Positions 24,332 through 25,385 of a stretch of 25,385 nucleotides of DNA are shown here, piece after piece. This DNA comes from Chlamydiota bacterium (lineage in GTDB: Bacteria > Auribacterota > JACPWU01), in assembly GCA_016196885.1 (NCBI GenBank), contig JACPWU010000015.1, forward strand, positions 1-25,385. Reading direction: 5' to 3'. Within the stretch, counting starts at the first letter, position 1. Every line of letters begins with the position of its first letter. The notes under the pieces are model-generated. The model saw only the letters and a list, made by a program, of their open reading frames with translations. It had not been told where the DNA came from and did not search any database. Position numbers and translations under genes: made by a program.

Positions 24332-24592
24332 ATGTCCAGAACTGCAATGATTCGCGCAAGGACAGAAAGCTATCTAAAGAACGCTGTTGAGAGAATTCTC
24401 CATACGTTGGGTTTATCCGCTTCTGATGCAATTAATCTTTTCTATCGTCAAATCGAACTTCAGAAGGGGCTTCCTTTTGATGTTAAAATCCCTAATCGAG
24501 CTACCCTGAGGGCCGTGAAAGATGTGCAGAAAAAACATAGACTGACCCGTGCCAGAGATGCCAAGGATATGTTTAAGAAGTTAGGGATATAG
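24332..24592 (+). CDS. dinJ: RelB/DinJ-family antitoxin
   Basis: 'MSRTAMIRARTESYLKNAVERILHTLGLSASDAINLFYRQIELQKGLPFDVKIPN...ARDAKDMFKKLGI' matches E. coli DinJ closely along its length. SD 'ggaggtg' is 6 nt before the ATG at 24332; the ORF track's start is a GTG at 24323. Confidence 0.8.
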   Translation: MSRTAMIRARTESYLKNAVERILHTLGLSASDAINLFYRQIELQKGLPFDVKIPNRATLRAVKDVQKKHRLTRARDAKDMFKKLGI

Positions 24593-24597
24593 GCGAG

Positions 24598-24867
24598 ATG
24601 CTATCTCCCTTCTACTCCAGTCAATTTGAACGAGATGTCAAACGCCTGAAGAAGCGAGGAAAAGATCTTGCAAAATTAGAGGAAATGGTCACTCTTTTGA
24701 TTCAACAACAAAAATTGCCACTCAGGAATAAAGATCACACACTTCAGGAAAGCCTTCGTGATTTTAGGGAATGCCATATCGAACCTGATTGGCTTTTGAT
24801 TTACAAAATAAGTACAGAAGGGATCTATTTCACAAGATCAGGATCCCATTCTGATCTGTTTCGATAA
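24598..24867 (+). CDS. yafQ: YafQ/RelE-family mRNA interferase toxin
   Basis: '...ERDVKRLKKRGKDLAKLEEMVTLLIQQQKLPLRNKDHTLQESLRDFRECHIEPDWLLIYKI...' parallels E. coli YafQ ('SKDVKLAQKRHKDMNKLKYLMTLLINN...KDHPLQGSWKGYRDAHVEPDWILIYKL'). It starts 5 nt after the dinJ stop. Confidence 0.8.
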   Translation: MLSPFYSSQFERDVKRLKKRGKDLAKLEEMVTLLIQQQKLPLRNKDHTLQESLRDFRECHIEPDWLLIYKISTEGIYFTRSGSHSDLFR

Positions 24868-24904
24868 AAAGGAGAGGAACGTAAAAAAAAGGGGGGATGT
24901 GAAC

Positions 24905-25385
24905 ATGTTCATCAAAATATCAAGGCTATGGGTTATTTTTAGCTGTATCGCTTGTGCATTCGCATTCGGGGATATCCCCCAAAAGATCAACTATCAAGGC
25001 AAACTCACAGACCTAAGCGGTATCGGGGTTGAAGACGGGAGTTACGCCATGAAATTTGCGTTATATGATGGTGAAACAAGCGGCACTCTTCTCTGGTAAG
25101 AAGAATGGTCGAGCGATGCAGCAACTGACAAAATCGCAACATCCGGCATATCGGCCGAAAAGATTACATCGGGCCTGATAGACACAACCCACATCAACTG
25201 GGCCTCACCGGGTGATATCGGGACCACAACGCCTGCAAACGGATATTTTGAAGCATTAGACGTCAATGGAACCGTCACAGCCACGGCCTTTGTCGGAGAC
25301 GGGTCAGGATTGACAGGGCTCACTGAGGAAAGCTGTTATTGGACACAAAGCGGCAGCGACATTTATTATAACTCTGGCAATGTTG
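24905..25385 (+). pseudogene. 5' end of a large secreted beta-fibre / tail-fibre-like repeat protein, interrupted by an in-frame TAA at 25097-25099; runs off the window
   Basis: Signal peptide 'MFIKISRLWVIFSCIACAFAFG', then 'IPQKINYQGKLTDLSGIGVEDGSYAMKFALYDGETSGTLLW', then TAA. The same frame continues open to the window end with typical fibre repeats ('[58 protein letters not shown]'). Confidence 0.45.

Overview
The window looks like a chromosomal cell-envelope region of a diderm (outer-membrane) bacterium. Lineage cannot be assigned from sequence alone; SD sites are strong (aggagg) and GC is about 45%. No similarity searches were run: all calls rest on motifs I recognise by eye, and feature coordinates that are not ORF boundaries may be off by 1-2 nt.

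Core genes, left to right:
- a vapBC toxin-antitoxin pair, then a convergent polytopic membrane protein;
- a Tol-Pal block (TolA/TonB-like, tolB, pal, a coiled-coil LysM lipoprotein) followed by ccdA;
- a convergent lemA + DUF2207 pair;
- a decayed AAA-ATPase pseudogene;
- dcd followed by an unusual short NrdD-like ATP-cone protein that appears non-catalytic;
- a processive GT2 glycosyltransferase;
- a lipid-A / LPS-core block: lpxK, an LpxL::ELM1-like fusion, a GT4::GT9 fusion, and two further GT9 heptosyltransferases;
- a decayed Phd/PIN remnant;
- a minus-strand STI1-like DP-repeat protein;
- an SPFH/prohibitin protein;
- dinJ-yafQ with a textbook promoter/operator;
- the start of a large secreted beta-fibre-like repeat protein that carries an in-frame TAA.

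At least four small repeat families are interspersed:
- a ~178-bp MITE-like element with 16-bp terminal inverted repeats, present twice; one copy sits in a TTAA exactly where two convergent stop codons abut;
- a ~75-90 bp CCCC/GGGG double-hairpin element, present twice;
- a ~30-bp 'cagtcgtgagtggtg' repeat, present twice;
- a tandem-octamer palindrome that fills the lpxK-lpxL spacer.

No rRNA, tRNA or CRISPR array was seen.
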